Below the pieces are notes generated by a model. The model made no database searches. It was not told where the DNA came from and saw only the letters and a list, made by a program, of their open reading frames with translations. Made by a program: the position numbers and the translations under genes. This document shows positions 49,613-58,951 of a stretch of 64,000 bases of DNA, piece after piece. Position 1 is the stretch's first letter, and every line of letters begins with the position of its first letter. The stretch is from a virus, in the IMG/VR virus record IMGVR_UViG_3300010401_000007, positions 2,694 through 66,693 of that record. One strand, written 5' to 3'.

Positions 49613-49884
49613 TCCACCTTCACGTCGGTCTTACTCTTCGTACCCTGTCCGACCTGTCGATACTCTCTGTGAGATAAGGAGAGTGCCTCATCCTGAGTGT
49701 AGAGGTGTTGTCCCCGTTCCCACAGTACACCCCCACTCTTTTCCCTCAGTACGATCCTGAACCCGAATCGTCTGATAAACTGATCTTCCTTACACGGTCC
49801 ACTCTCATTCATCACAGGATCAGGTAGGGTGAGGATACTAGCACCGTCGTTATTCACTCCACCCTTGAGCTTATAGTTCGACAT
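49609..49884 (-). CDS. Hypothetical protein
   Basis: Coupled ORF. Confidence 0.5.
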   Translation of the reverse strand: MSNYKLKGGVNNDGASILTLPDPVMNESGPCKEDQFIRRFGFRIVLREKSGGVLWERGQHLYTQDEALSLSHREYRQVGQGTKSKTDVKVD

Positions 49885-49887
49885 AGA

Positions 49888-50169
49888 TTACCTCACCAGT
49901 TCGTATTGTTGGTGAAATACATCCTCTTCTCTGACCCGAACTGTGCCATCGGATTCTCTTATTATCCAGTCACCTACTCTAGCTAGTAATTTATGTTCCG
50001 AATTAGGGAGAGGGATTTGTATATCACAAGAGAACTTACCTTTCTCCATTTTGCTGATATATTCCCAGTCGACACTATAAGACTCACCTAGAAACGTATT
50101 AGCAGTATCGGGATGACCGTCCCATCGAACTGCGTGTATCAGATCGGACTTCTTACAAAAGGTATGCAA
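49888..50169 (-). CDS. Conserved phage protein (GDWII family)
   Basis: IHAVRWDG...ARVGDWIIRE...VFHQQYE. Confidence 0.75.
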   Translation of the reverse strand: MHTFCKKSDLIHAVRWDGHPDTANTFLGESYSVDWEYISKMEKGKFSCDIQIPLPNSEHKLLARVGDWIIRESDGTVRVREEDVFHQQYELVR

Positions 50170-50170
50170 T

Positions 50171-51907
50171 TTACCCTCCTGTGACGGATAGGACTGATCG
50201 ACGTAGTAACTTCCTCACCGACCTAGGGTCAGATACCACTCTCTGAGAGAGAGGAGGTACGGGACTGACACCACCTGTAGGAATTTCCCCCGTTTTCCCA
50301 ATAGGGTCGGGTAGGGACTTACTCTCTTTCCCGCCCCCCTTACTCGGTCTAGGTGGTAGTGTCCCCTTTCCACCCTTATTCTCAGGTCGGGGGGGTTCCT
50401 CAGACCCACCGTCAGTTACCGCAGCGACACCCCCCTCATCTACTTCTCCAGTACCCTCAGCGAGTTCTAGTCTCTCCTGTTGAGACACCATATCTACTCC
50501 TGCGGCTTGCTCTTGCAGCTTGGTAAAGATCGAGGGGAGTACGTCACCACCGTCTACCGGCTTGAGTCCCCGTCGTACCCTGATCTCATTCACCATCATC
50601 GTACCGTCTACGGCCCCAGCTTGGTTCTGTTGCTCCACAATCGTAGGGTCATCTAACTTCGGCATCACGATCGAGCATCGAATACCCTTTCGAGATAGAC
50701 CCCAGTCCTTCACAGGACCGTCAGTCAGGGTGTTCGCGACCATCCCCAAGAAGGGTTCATAGGTCGAGATACGAGACCGTTGGATCTCGGCCCAGTCCTC
50801 TGCATACGATCCCGTTGTCTTGAGTCCTACCGTCGAGAGGTTAATCCCGAACACCCCCGCGAGGGTCTGTCCGGCTACCCGTTCCCACTCGGTAGAGAAC
50901 CCCATGACATCAGCGGAGGGCTTAGTAGGATTCACCACGGCGGCAGGACGGGTAGGATCTCCCCCACCGAAGAACATCGCCTTACCGTGGTTATCAGGTC
51001 CGGAGTGTACGGCTTCATACTCGGCACGGGCCGCGTCCATCACCTCTTTGGTTGCACCCGGCATATCAATCACCACAGACGGATTAACCCCGTTCTGCAT
51101 GACACTCCAGCAACTACGGTCGATCATCTCCAGTAGATCGATACTCACCTGATTAGCTTGAGTCGGTGAGACTGGGGACCAGTTATAGAGGGGGTGGGGA
51201 TTCTGGATGATGTAGAAGTTACGAGCATCGATCGTAACCCCAAGCATCCCACTGATCGCAGTAGGAATTACGCCTATTAGTCCTGCTGGATAAAAAGGTT
51301 GGATACGGTAACCACCCAGGGGATAGATATTACTGCTGAGTCCGGGGACGGGGACCACGAGAGCCGTAGGGACCACGAATAACTTACCTGGGGCTCCAGC
51401 CTTGTTATGCGGACCCCAGATCATTACCCGACCTGTCAGATAATACTGAATGATGATCTTGGCTAGGAATGTGGGCCAAGTATCGACCTTATTAGGGTGT
51501 CGTAGAATAGATACCAGAGGGTGATTCTCAAAGGGGGCGTACTCCACATCCTGTTGTGACCCCCCTGGATTAGCACGACCCTCGATACCTCCTACCCTCT
51601 TCTCCAGTCCGATCTTTGATGCCGACATACTACTGATCAGGGTCCGACACCCCATGTAAATAATCGACTGGTAGTGTTGGACTTGATTGAACGGTGAATT
51701 GAGAGGATAGGACGGTAGGTTATTGTTGAACGTCGCCTCTAGGTACTTTGCATAGTAGGCGTTAGCTGGATCTCTCTGTATCTGCTTCGCCTCCCATTCT
51801 CTCCGTCTCGGTAGGAATGCACTGGTCGGGATATCGAGTTGACCAGTAGACGGAGCTAGACTCGGGCCCTGAGTCCAGTTCGGTTGGTAGTATGACGAGG
51901 GAATCAT
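50171..51907 (-). CDS. Portal protein (HK97-like)
   Basis: HPLVSILRHPN, YYLTG, NGVNPSVVI, SGPDNHGK, VFGI, VNEIRVRRGLKPVDGGD. Confidence 0.9.
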   Translation of the reverse strand: MIPSSYYQPNWTQGPSLAPSTGQLDIPTSAFLPRRREWEAKQIQRDPANAYYAKYLEATFNNNLPSYPLNSPFNQVQHYQSIIYMGCRTLISSMSASKIGLEKRVGGIEGRANPGGSQQDVEYAPFENHPLVSILRHPNKVDTWPTFLAKIIIQYYLTGRVMIWGPHNKAGAPGKLFVVPTALVVPVPGLSSNIYPLGGYRIQPFYPAGLIGVIPTAISGMLGVTIDARNFYIIQNPHPLYNWSPVSPTQANQVSIDLLEMIDRSCWSVMQNGVNPSVVIDMPGATKEVMDAARAEYEAVHSGPDNHGKAMFFGGGDPTRPAAVVNPTKPSADVMGFSTEWERVAGQTLAGVFGINLSTVGLKTTGSYAEDWAEIQRSRISTYEPFLGMVANTLTDGPVKDWGLSRKGIRCSIVMPKLDDPTIVEQQNQAGAVDGTMMVNEIRVRRGLKPVDGGDVLPSIFTKLQEQAAGVDMVSQQERLELAEGTGEVDEGGVAAVTDGGSEEPPRPENKGGKGTLPPRPSKGGGKESKSLPDPIGKTGEIPTGGVSPVPPLSQRVVSDPRSVRKLLRRSVLSVTGG

Positions 51908-51979
51908 AGACCGTCCCCAGTAGTATCTAGAGGAGATAGAACTACTGGGGAGGATACCGTCTTAGAATTGTGAAGGGGA

Positions 51980-52351
51980 CTAGAGTAGAGAAGTGGGATG
52001 GGGCGTGACTCGAAGTGTTAGTGCTGCACAATCCTCTGCTTCTCTTCTAGTAGAGTAAATTACTCCTCTTATCCGAGTATCCCCTCTGTCCCGATACGTC
52101 TTATACCAATCTATATGTAGTCCGCTATGATCGAATCGTCCTTCCATATCTTTATTATGGCACTCGGCAGAGTCGAAGTACCACCCGTCATATGTCCTCC
52201 AAGGCCATCTATCTAATCGAGCCAATTCCTCATATCCCTTTGCCCTCGGATCTCCAATATCCCATAGGTGTTCAGCCAACATCATACGGGTAGTCTGGTC
52301 TGTCGGGTCTTTATCTAATATTGACTGTAAGGCGGACTCTATATCTGTCAT
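51980..52351 (-). CDS. TIGR02996-like domain protein
   Basis: ILDKDPTDQTTRMMLAEHLWDIGDPRA. Confidence 0.75.
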   Translation of the reverse strand: MTDIESALQSILDKDPTDQTTRMMLAEHLWDIGDPRAKGYEELARLDRWPWRTYDGWYFDSAECHNKDMEGRFDHSGLHIDWYKTYRDRGDTRIRGVIYSTRREAEDCAALTLRVTPHPTSLL

Positions 52352-52466
52352 AACACTACCTCTATATCTCCAACAGACAGTAAATGATCGGTACGGCTAA
52401 GGCAACCAGTACGACCATGAAGGTGATCATGTCGTCTAGTTTATCTTCTTCAGACATCTTTACTCC

Positions 52467-52652
52467 CTATCTTGATGTCCCATTCGACCGTGTCATAGGT
52501 CTCATTAGCTTCCTCATCCCAAGTCCTACCCAACTGTACGTGTTCTTGCAATAGGGGCACTCTCCACCGACCCATTCCTCTACTTGTAGATCGAGGTTAC
52601 AGAAGGGGCAGTAGATGGTTGTCATCTCAGGAACCTCACTGATATATTCCAT
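52467..52652 (-). CDS. Small zinc-ribbon protein
   Basis: CPFC...CPYC. Confidence 0.4.
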   Translation of the reverse strand: MEYISEVPEMTTIYCPFCNLDLQVEEWVGGECPYCKNTYSWVGLGMRKLMRPMTRSNGTSR

Positions 52653-52697
52653 CCTTGATTATACACTACCTAGTAGTGTAGGATATCGATGGAACCG

Positions 52698-52747
52698 AAT
52701 ATATATTATATATTATATATACTAATTAGAAAAAGACCCCCCCCCCC
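52698..52747. other. AT-rich low-complexity tract followed by a C11 run
   Basis: AATATATATTATATATTATATATACTAATTAGAAAAAGA then C11; nothing similar elsewhere in the window. Confidence 0.8.
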
Positions 52748-52773
52748 TAGGAATTAGGAAGGAGGGGTATAGG

Positions 52774-53079
52774 TTATTTGCCCACTACTTCCTTTGCTCC
52801 CATAGGTTCAGCCTTGTTAGTGAAAGTGACAGGTGCGATCGTGTAGACCTTGGGATCACCCCAACTATTCTTGACCGTGAATGGTTCTCCTGACTCTACC
52901 TGCACATGAGGAACCTTGGTAGGGCTATTCTCTTCTGTGATATCCGGTTGCTCTGTCCTTTTGATCTCGATTACCGGACCGGGGCGGAAGATCACTGAGG
53001 CGATACCTACACACGCGATAGCAATGATAGCTACGATACCTACCTTGTAGATACCGTTATCTTCGTTCTGGTTGTTCAC
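52774..53079 (-). CDS. Single-TM membrane protein
   Basis: VGIVAIIAIACVGIASVIF. Confidence 0.6.
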   Translation of the reverse strand: MNNQNEDNGIYKVGIVAIIAIACVGIASVIFRPGPVIEIKRTEQPDITEENSPTKVPHVQVESGEPFTVKNSWGDPKVYTIAPVTFTNKAEPMGAKEVVGK

Positions 53080-53594
53080 TGTTGCTCCTTAACCTTGAGT
53101 AGTTCATCAATCTTCACCTTGGGATCGGGTAGTGCCTCAAACTCGATCCCATCATAATACTGCACCGCTAACTTGTGGTCCGTCACATAGTCTCGCCAGT
53201 TCACGTTATAGAACTGGAGGATAGTGTGAGTCTTATCAACTGTACTCTGACCCTTGGACATCAGTAGTCCACCAGCACACTCCCCTGTCTTACAGAGGAG
53301 TCGGTGACCGTACTTCTTCATGAGGGCATCGAACACATCAGTCGGCATACTCATCAGCTTGAACCCGCCCATAAATTCCCCCTTATAGTTACAACACAGA
53401 TGTTCTAATACGTATTCAAGATGATCGGTTGGTATCTTGCACTGATAGACTATCTGTTCACCTATCTTAAGGGCGATACTGGTACTAGGGGGTAATGACG
53501 GATAGGGGAGGTCAGTCCCGAACTCGATACCCTCAAAGCTATGATCCTCTATCTTGTCCACTATCTTGACCGGTCTGCCTCTGAATGTGCCCAT
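53076..53594 (-). CDS. Hypothetical protein
   Basis: Coupled ORF. Confidence 0.55.
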   Translation of the reverse strand: MGTFRGRPVKIVDKIEDHSFEGIEFGTDLPYPSLPPSTSIALKIGEQIVYQCKIPTDHLEYVLEHLCCNYKGEFMGGFKLMSMPTDVFDALMKKYGHRLLCKTGECAGGLLMSKGQSTVDKTHTILQFYNVNWRDYVTDHKLAVQYYDGIEFEALPDPKVKIDELLKVKEQQ

Positions 53595-53800
53595 TATCTA
53601 CCCTCCCCTATCCGTGTGATCAATCTGACTGTGTTCACCAGGATCTCATGACACCGACTGTTCTCCCGATAGACCGCCTTCTGTAGACCCAACTTGATCT
53701 CTTGGAACATCCTTACATACATACTCTTCTCAGGTTGTAGACTGGGGGCGATCTTGCTGATGATCTCCTTTGTCAACTCCTCGATCTGTGCTTCGGTCAT
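53594..53800 (-). CDS. Hypothetical protein
   Basis: Start moved to MTEAQ. Confidence 0.5.
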   Translation of the reverse strand: MTEAQIEELTKEIISKIAPSLQPEKSMYVRMFQEIKLGLQKAVYRENSRCHEILVNTVRLITRIGEGR

Positions 53801-53901
53801 CGGATTCCTTTCTCTGAGAAAGAGTACAGTAGGGACAGGGTATCCCTCGGAGGCGACCATTGATCCTCCGGACTACCAATGTGCCATACCCTCTACACCA
53901 T

Positions 53902-54336
53902 CTACAGGGGGACGTTGTTCCCATCTACCAAGTCCTTACGACGACGGGAGATAATATTGGCTGCTGGAATGTGATAGTAGCTCTGGGTACTGTCCCCGTC
54001 CTCTACATCCCTCCCAGCGTTAGAGATGAAGTTGACGATATCCCCGAGTTCCAGTTGAGTGATAGAGATGAAGTGCCCGTGGTCATCCCAGTGACCAGGA
54101 CCGATCCCGATTACCTTCCCAGTGTCCATAGGCACTTGCTGATTCTGGGGACGATGTAACATCCCCACCTTCTCCGGCTTATCGAACCTCTTGATGATGA
54201 CCATGTTGAGCCGTGGTTCGAAGGGGCAGTCAGGGGTCATCTTAGCTGTAGGTGCATAAGGTCCGTCCGCATTAATCTCATGGACGTTCTTATTCACCAC
54301 GTCCCCCTTGTTCTGGTTCGTCTGCTTGATGTTCAC
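53902..54336 (-). CDS. groES: GroES-like co-chaperonin
   Basis: FEPRLNMVIIKR...GKVIGIGPG...LELGDIVNF. Confidence 0.85.
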   Translation of the reverse strand: MNIKQTNQNKGDVVNKNVHEINADGPYAPTAKMTPDCPFEPRLNMVIIKRFDKPEKVGMLHRPQNQQVPMDTGKVIGIGPGHWDDHGHFISITQLELGDIVNFISNAGRDVEDGDSTQSYYHIPAANIISRRRKDLVDGNNVPL

Positions 54337-54425
54337 GTTCCTTACTCCTTCTCTGAGAGAAAGTAGATACCTCTACCTCTTAGTTAGTAGAGCGGTAGGT
54401 ATTATACCGAGTTCGACTTAGCTAA

Positions 54426-55487
54426 TCATCTCCTCGGTATCGGGTAGAACTTGGGGTCGACCTTTCCATTCTTGGGTACTGTACTTACTACCTCGAATGT
54501 ACTCTTCACGGGCGGGGTAAGGATCATGTGGATGAGGAGGACAAAGGCATCTGCTTCATCAGGTGACCGTCCTATCATGTCCTTGAGAGTCAACCTCTTG
54601 TCCTTACTGTCCCTCTTCTGCTTAGGCGGTAGAATCTGAATCCCGTCCTCGTTATATTGAATGGGGAACTTAGACAGTTGACGGTGTAGCTCTGCTAACT
54701 CAGGGGTGTTTGATGGGATGCCGTATCCTGGTGGATCTTGAAAACCCCCTGACCCAGTGGGAATGGGATTCGGATCGAGAAGCTTGGACGCCTCTGCGTA
54801 TAGTTGCACCCGTCGTGATCGGTATATCGCCTTCTGTTCCTTCAACTCCTTCTCTTCCTCAGAAGAAGGATTCTGGATTAGATTACTTGGCGTCTCCCCG
54901 AATCCAATCGTCCTGACGGCATACCCCTGATCCCTCAATCGATCGGCGTGCTGCTTCCCACCACCCCCCCTGTCGAACCCCACATTGTAGGCGTATATAT
55001 TCCATTTCCTCATGAGTCCGAGACACTGTCCAGTGATGACAGAGGTGTCAGGAGTTCTAAGGCTCTGCAATTCGAGGATACCCCGTATATCTCCAACACA
55101 GAAGGCTGTATTGTCACCACCCTCTCCGACATCCACCCCCATATAGATATCTCCGCATCGTAATGACTCATTACCAGATTGGGGGGGTCGGATACCGTAT
55201 CGAACGGTATAAGGCTGCAACTCATTAGCTATCCTCTCGGCTCTCTGTAACCATCCTTGGGGGAATAGGAATAGTCCTGGTCCCTTATAGAACTGGGCGT
55301 AGAGTTTGACCGTCTTCTCATGGTCATTTAGGGTATTGCTCCTCTCTACGAAGTCAGCCCATGACAACACACCGGGGATGACCTGCTCCCCAGTGGGTTG
55401 CTGTCCTGCCGCTATCTGAGCATGAGCTAGTCTCACACTTGGAGACTGCATAGCTGAGATACGGATGATCTTCCTGAATAACCCCAT
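54426..55487 (-). CDS. Terminase large subunit, C-terminal part (nuclease domain)
   Basis: ISAMQSP, YMGVDVGEGGD, GFDRGGGG, RSPDEADAF. Confidence 0.88.
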   Translation of the reverse strand: MGLFRKIIRISAMQSPSVRLAHAQIAAGQQPTGEQVIPGVLSWADFVERSNTLNDHEKTVKLYAQFYKGPGLFLFPQGWLQRAERIANELQPYTVRYGIRPPQSGNESLRCGDIYMGVDVGEGGDNTAFCVGDIRGILELQSLRTPDTSVITGQCLGLMRKWNIYAYNVGFDRGGGGKQHADRLRDQGYAVRTIGFGETPSNLIQNPSSEEEKELKEQKAIYRSRRVQLYAEASKLLDPNPIPTGSGGFQDPPGYGIPSNTPELAELHRQLSKFPIQYNEDGIQILPPKQKRDSKDKRLTLKDMIGRSPDEADAFVLLIHMILTPPVKSTFEVVSTVPKNGKVDPKFYPIPRR

Positions 55488-55517
55488 GACCGTGTCTATT
55501 CTCTGAGAAAGGGGGGA

Positions 55518-55745
55518 CTAGGACGACTTAAGATCCCATAGACATTTAGCGTACTGTTTAGATAAACCTGTCTGTAGACCTAACACCCACTCTAAAGTTC
55601 CTATCATCAGCTTGGCGGCCGTACTCTTCTGTATGTAGATGGCACAAAGGACTATATCATCGATGGTATTAATTGCGGACTCGTACTGAGATACTACTTT
55701 TCTCAAAGCTTCTAGATCGGTCTTGATATCATCTTCTGTCTTCAT
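55518..55745 (-). CDS. Hypothetical protein between the TerL halves
   Basis: TLEWVLG motif; overlapping start. Confidence 0.55.
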   Translation of the reverse strand: MKTEDDIKTDLEALRKVVSQYESAINTIDDIVLCAIYIQKSTAAKLMIGTLEWVLGLQTGLSKQYAKCLWDLKSS

Positions 55746-55965
55746 GTCGCTCCCTCCACTTTCTCTGTTTCTCAGAGAAGTAGTTGATATGAACTAGACA
55801 CACACTCTTCTCACCATGTCGAGGACGGCTACAGACTAGACATAGACCCAGTCTTTTCTTCTTCTCCGTCCTAGACCGACCGTTACCCCTACACCGTACA
55901 CAGGTCTTATAGGGGTATCGACACCATCTCAGCCGACAGTGGGAACATAACATGACTTCTCCCAC
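55729..55965 (-). CDS. Cys-rich zinc-finger protein between the TerL halves
   Basis: CSHC..CVRC; GLCLVC...CLVH. Confidence 0.55.
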   Translation of the reverse strand: MGEVMLCSHCRLRWCRYPYKTCVRCRGNGRSRTEKKKRLGLCLVCSRPRHGEKSVCLVHINYFSEKQRKWRERHEDRR

Positions 55966-56978
55966 TCCTGACGACAGTACCTTTTAGCCGCTACCTTCAG
56001 CTTATCCAGTCCTACCATTCGATTACCGTTATACGAGGCTACGATATTACTCGTCCCTTCTGCGATGATCCTCTTACCCTCTTCTGGGAGTAGATCGAAT
56101 AGACACTTGGGGAGTACATAAGCTCGATCTAGACCCGGTTCCCCTTGACCCTGTACATACCAGTAACAGTACATCGCACCGTAGATCATCCCTATCACTG
56201 GTTCACGATCGATGATAGTAATCTCAGCCGGCTCCCGACCGACCACTGGGGCGATGGGATCGAGTCTCCCGTCCCCTTCAACGAGCACCCGGGTCAGGTC
56301 GTCCTTCTCCCACTCTCCCCCGCAGTGGACACACGGCGAGTACCGACTGTCCCAGTCCCACACCTCAACTTTCCCTTGCCCATCACAGTGCGGGCACACC
56401 TCACCCACCAACTGCCCCACCGTACACCTCACACCCTCCAGCATCCCCCGTCGCACGTACCCCGCCGGTCCGGATTGGGTCGGGTCGTGGGCGAGGAAGC
56501 CGGAGTGGTCCCAGAAGACGTTGAGGCCGGGGAACCACGTCGCATGATGGGTGGTGAGGAGGGTTGATTCACGCTGCCGTCGCGGGGGAATCCGGTTGCC
56601 GTCTTCGTCCCGCGTTCGGTCGATACCGCACGGGCCATTGTGGTGCTGGCCGCCACCCCGGAGTCGCACGCAACCGCCACAGCCACACGTCCGGCGGATT
56701 TCGGCAATCTGGATCTGGAGGCGGATAAATTCTCCCCTCGCGGTCACGGCGTCGGGGGTGCGGCCGGTGCCGTCACACTGCGGGCATTCGTCACACTCCT
56801 CCCACGCCGCCCGTGACGTTGACCAGATCTTCCCGTCGCACTTGCCGCCGAGCCGGGGGCACTTCACCTCGCCGCCCGTCTCCCCCAACCAGTCCGCCCA
56901 CACCAACCTAATATTGTCATCACTAGGGTTGTCATGAATAGCAGCGAGTAGACCATACTCAGTAGAGGCACTGGTCAT
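55929..56978 (-). CDS. TIGR02996 domain protein with CxxCxGxG zinc fingers
   Basis: LLAAIHDNPSDDNIRLVWADWLGETG...RGEFIRLQ; CPQCDGTG, CPHCDGQG. Confidence 0.88.
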   Translation of the reverse strand: MTSASTEYGLLAAIHDNPSDDNIRLVWADWLGETGGEVKCPRLGGKCDGKIWSTSRAAWEECDECPQCDGTGRTPDAVTARGEFIRLQIQIAEIRRTCGCGGCVRLRGGGQHHNGPCGIDRTRDEDGNRIPPRRQRESTLLTTHHATWFPGLNVFWDHSGFLAHDPTQSGPAGYVRRGMLEGVRCTVGQLVGEVCPHCDGQGKVEVWDWDSRYSPCVHCGGEWEKDDLTRVLVEGDGRLDPIAPVVGREPAEITIIDREPVIGMIYGAMYCYWYVQGQGEPGLDRAYVLPKCLFDLLPEEGKRIIAEGTSNIVASYNGNRMVGLDKLKVAAKRYCRQEWEKSCYVPTVG

Positions 56979-57616
56979 ATGATTAACTCCCCCTTAGGGT
57001 ACTCCTTGTCTCCAGCCTCAGTATTGTTCTTCCACCACGTAGAATTATCCGATTCCCAACAGTTACCGATCGCTAGCATTCGATGAAACCACCCAGAGGC
57101 CATTGTGTAATACGAATTGGGAATAGATGAGCATTCATCAGGTAAGAATAGTGTCCTAGGAATCCCATCCCCTGTCTTAGCTACGTGATGACCCTGCATC
57201 GAGGCGATACGGTCTGGTGAGGCAACCTTACCTACAATATAAGATAGTGGGTCTATCTCACCCTTCTTAGGGCCAGTCATAATCACCCTCTTGATATGAA
57301 GGTGATTGACGATTAGCGGACCCTTGGGGTAGATTAGCGGATATTGACAGTCGTTAATCCAATCCTGCATCTCACCCCAGAGTACCTTCAAGTGGTCTTC
57401 ACTAGCAGAAGTGGTAACGATCTTACAGGGAGACCGAGTGAGGAAGAACCAAGGACAGGTGAACCCAGCTACATAGTCCTTGCCCATAACGTTAGCGGCC
57501 GGTACGTAAGTCTCCTTATTCTCAACTACACTCTGTAGTATCTCCTGCTGCTCCTTATAGAACTTCCTCTTAGGCCAACCCCACTGCTGGAACTTAATGG
57601 GATCAGCGGGTTTCAT
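56975..57616 (-). CDS. Terminase large subunit, N-terminal ATPase part
   Basis: Q motif YKEQQEIL, Walker A AANVMGKD, Walker B LFLPDECS, motif III AIGN. Confidence 0.85.
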   Translation of the reverse strand: MKPADPIKFQQWGWPKRKFYKEQQEILQSVVENKETYVPAANVMGKDYVAGFTCPWFFLTRSPCKIVTTSASEDHLKVLWGEMQDWINDCQYPLIYPKGPLIVNHLHIKRVIMTGPKKGEIDPLSYIVGKVASPDRIASMQGHHVAKTGDGIPRTLFLPDECSSIPNSYYTMASGWFHRMLAIGNCWESDNSTWWKNNTEAGDKEYPKGELII

Positions 57617-58401
57617 CCTATCGTTCTCCTAGGAGTAGCAGTTAGTGCAGGGTCTTGATATCTACCGTTAAACGACTTGATTAGTTCAGCTAACTCACTA
57701 CTAGTGAACCCTGCAAATGACTCTCTAACAGGAACCAACTTGAGATACTTATCAATCGCCTCCACCTTACTCAACACCTCCTTGGGTACATCCCCATCCC
57801 ATATCACTACTGGTTCTACCTCAATCCATCGACGTAAGAGCCAGATGATACTCTCTGAGAAAGAGGATGACACATTAACGCTACTACACAGATAAGTAGG
57901 AATACTGGACATGTGCCGACCTGATATATTCTGCCACAGATACCGTTCGGACCCTTTATATAGTGGTCGAATATGACCAATACTGTCGTCGCACAGTAAT
58001 CTCTCCTCACACCTAGCCCACCTCAAACACTCACTACCCTTCTCCATATCCCACTCATCCCTCACATACCACTCTAACCCTACTGGGCATTGACCCTCCT
58101 TTTCCCACACCTTACACATCATCAAGAACCGTTCATCATCCTTGAGTCGATCCAACTTATCGAGTTCGGGGTTCATCTTTACTACTTCCTTGAACCACTT
58201 ACGGAACCAGACCTCATCAATGTGGTGATAGGCCAGAACCTTACTATATTTCAGAACTTCTAGAGAGTTGTACTCTACTGACCCATCTCCTACCCCTATT
58301 ACTTCTACTATTTCATTAGGAGTAGTCACTGTGTTAGGTGATTCAATTACACTCGTCCATCTGCTACCTACCTTAATTTCATACGAAGACATGGCAGGCA
58401 C
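57613..58401 (-). CDS. Hypothetical protein; C-terminal part paralogous to 58379-58951
   Basis: FLMMCKVWEKEGQCPVGL..Y.RDE.DME vs FIALCKIWETEGRAPYGL..W.KDE.DLE; IIWLLRRW vs ILWLIRRW. Confidence 0.7.
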   Translation of the reverse strand: MPAMSSYEIKVGSRWTSVIESPNTVTTPNEIVEVIGVGDGSVEYNSLEVLKYSKVLAYHHIDEVWFRKWFKEVVKMNPELDKLDRLKDDERFLMMCKVWEKEGQCPVGLEWYVRDEWDMEKGSECLRWARCEERLLCDDSIGHIRPLYKGSERYLWQNISGRHMSSIPTYLCSSVNVSSSFSESIIWLLRRWIEVEPVVIWDGDVPKEVLSKVEAIDKYLKLVPVRESFAGFTSSELAELIKSFNGRYQDPALTATPRRTIG

Positions 58402-58951
58402 CTTCCCAGATCTTACGTTGATCTATAGTCGCTTTAACTTGAGGAGGAAGGACTACATCTAACATATCAGTGTCGGGATCGACTCTTGTAAGGGCCGAAT
58501 AGTGAATCCCATCCTTCTCAATAGTCTGGATTATGACTTGAGGATCTCTCACCACTACCGGCCGTACCTCGTCCCACCGCCGGATTAGCCAGAGAATCGC
58601 ATCGGGGAATGTATCGAATTTGGTTATAGTCGATCGATCACGATATATACAGTCAGGAATATCGCACCTATTCGTATAGATCCCTACTCGACACCAGCAG
58701 TAGAATTTATCACTAGATAATAGATCGATAAATATAGGACACACCCCACCGTCCTGTAACTCATTGAACGAGAAGTTATTTCTATCCGGCTCCAAATAAC
58801 ACCACAACACCGCCTCGGCCGCCCACTCCAGGTCCATCTCATCCTTCAACCACAGATAGAGTCCATAAGGTGCCCTCCCTTCAGTCTCCCAGATCTTACA
58901 TAGGGCGATGAAGTTGGGTTCATGGATGAGATTAGCGATCATCTTATTCAT
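58379..58951 (-). CDS. Hypothetical protein, paralog of 57613-58401
   Basis: Same alignment as above; SD supplied by a motif copy. Confidence 0.7.
   Translation of the reverse strand: MNKMIANLIHEPNFIALCKIWETEGRAPYGLYLWLKDEMDLEWAAEAVLWCYLEPDRNNFSFNELQDGGVCPIFIDLLSSDKFYCWCRVGIYTNRCDIPDCIYRDRSTITKFDTFPDAILWLIRRWDEVRPVVVRDPQVIIQTIEKDGIHYSALTRVDPDTDMLDVVLPPQVKATIDQRKIWEGACHVFV

Noticed and set aside
52774-53079. Papain-like VKNSWG motif in a small membrane protein
   Set aside because: No catalytic Cys/His segments and far too short; probably chance or a fragment
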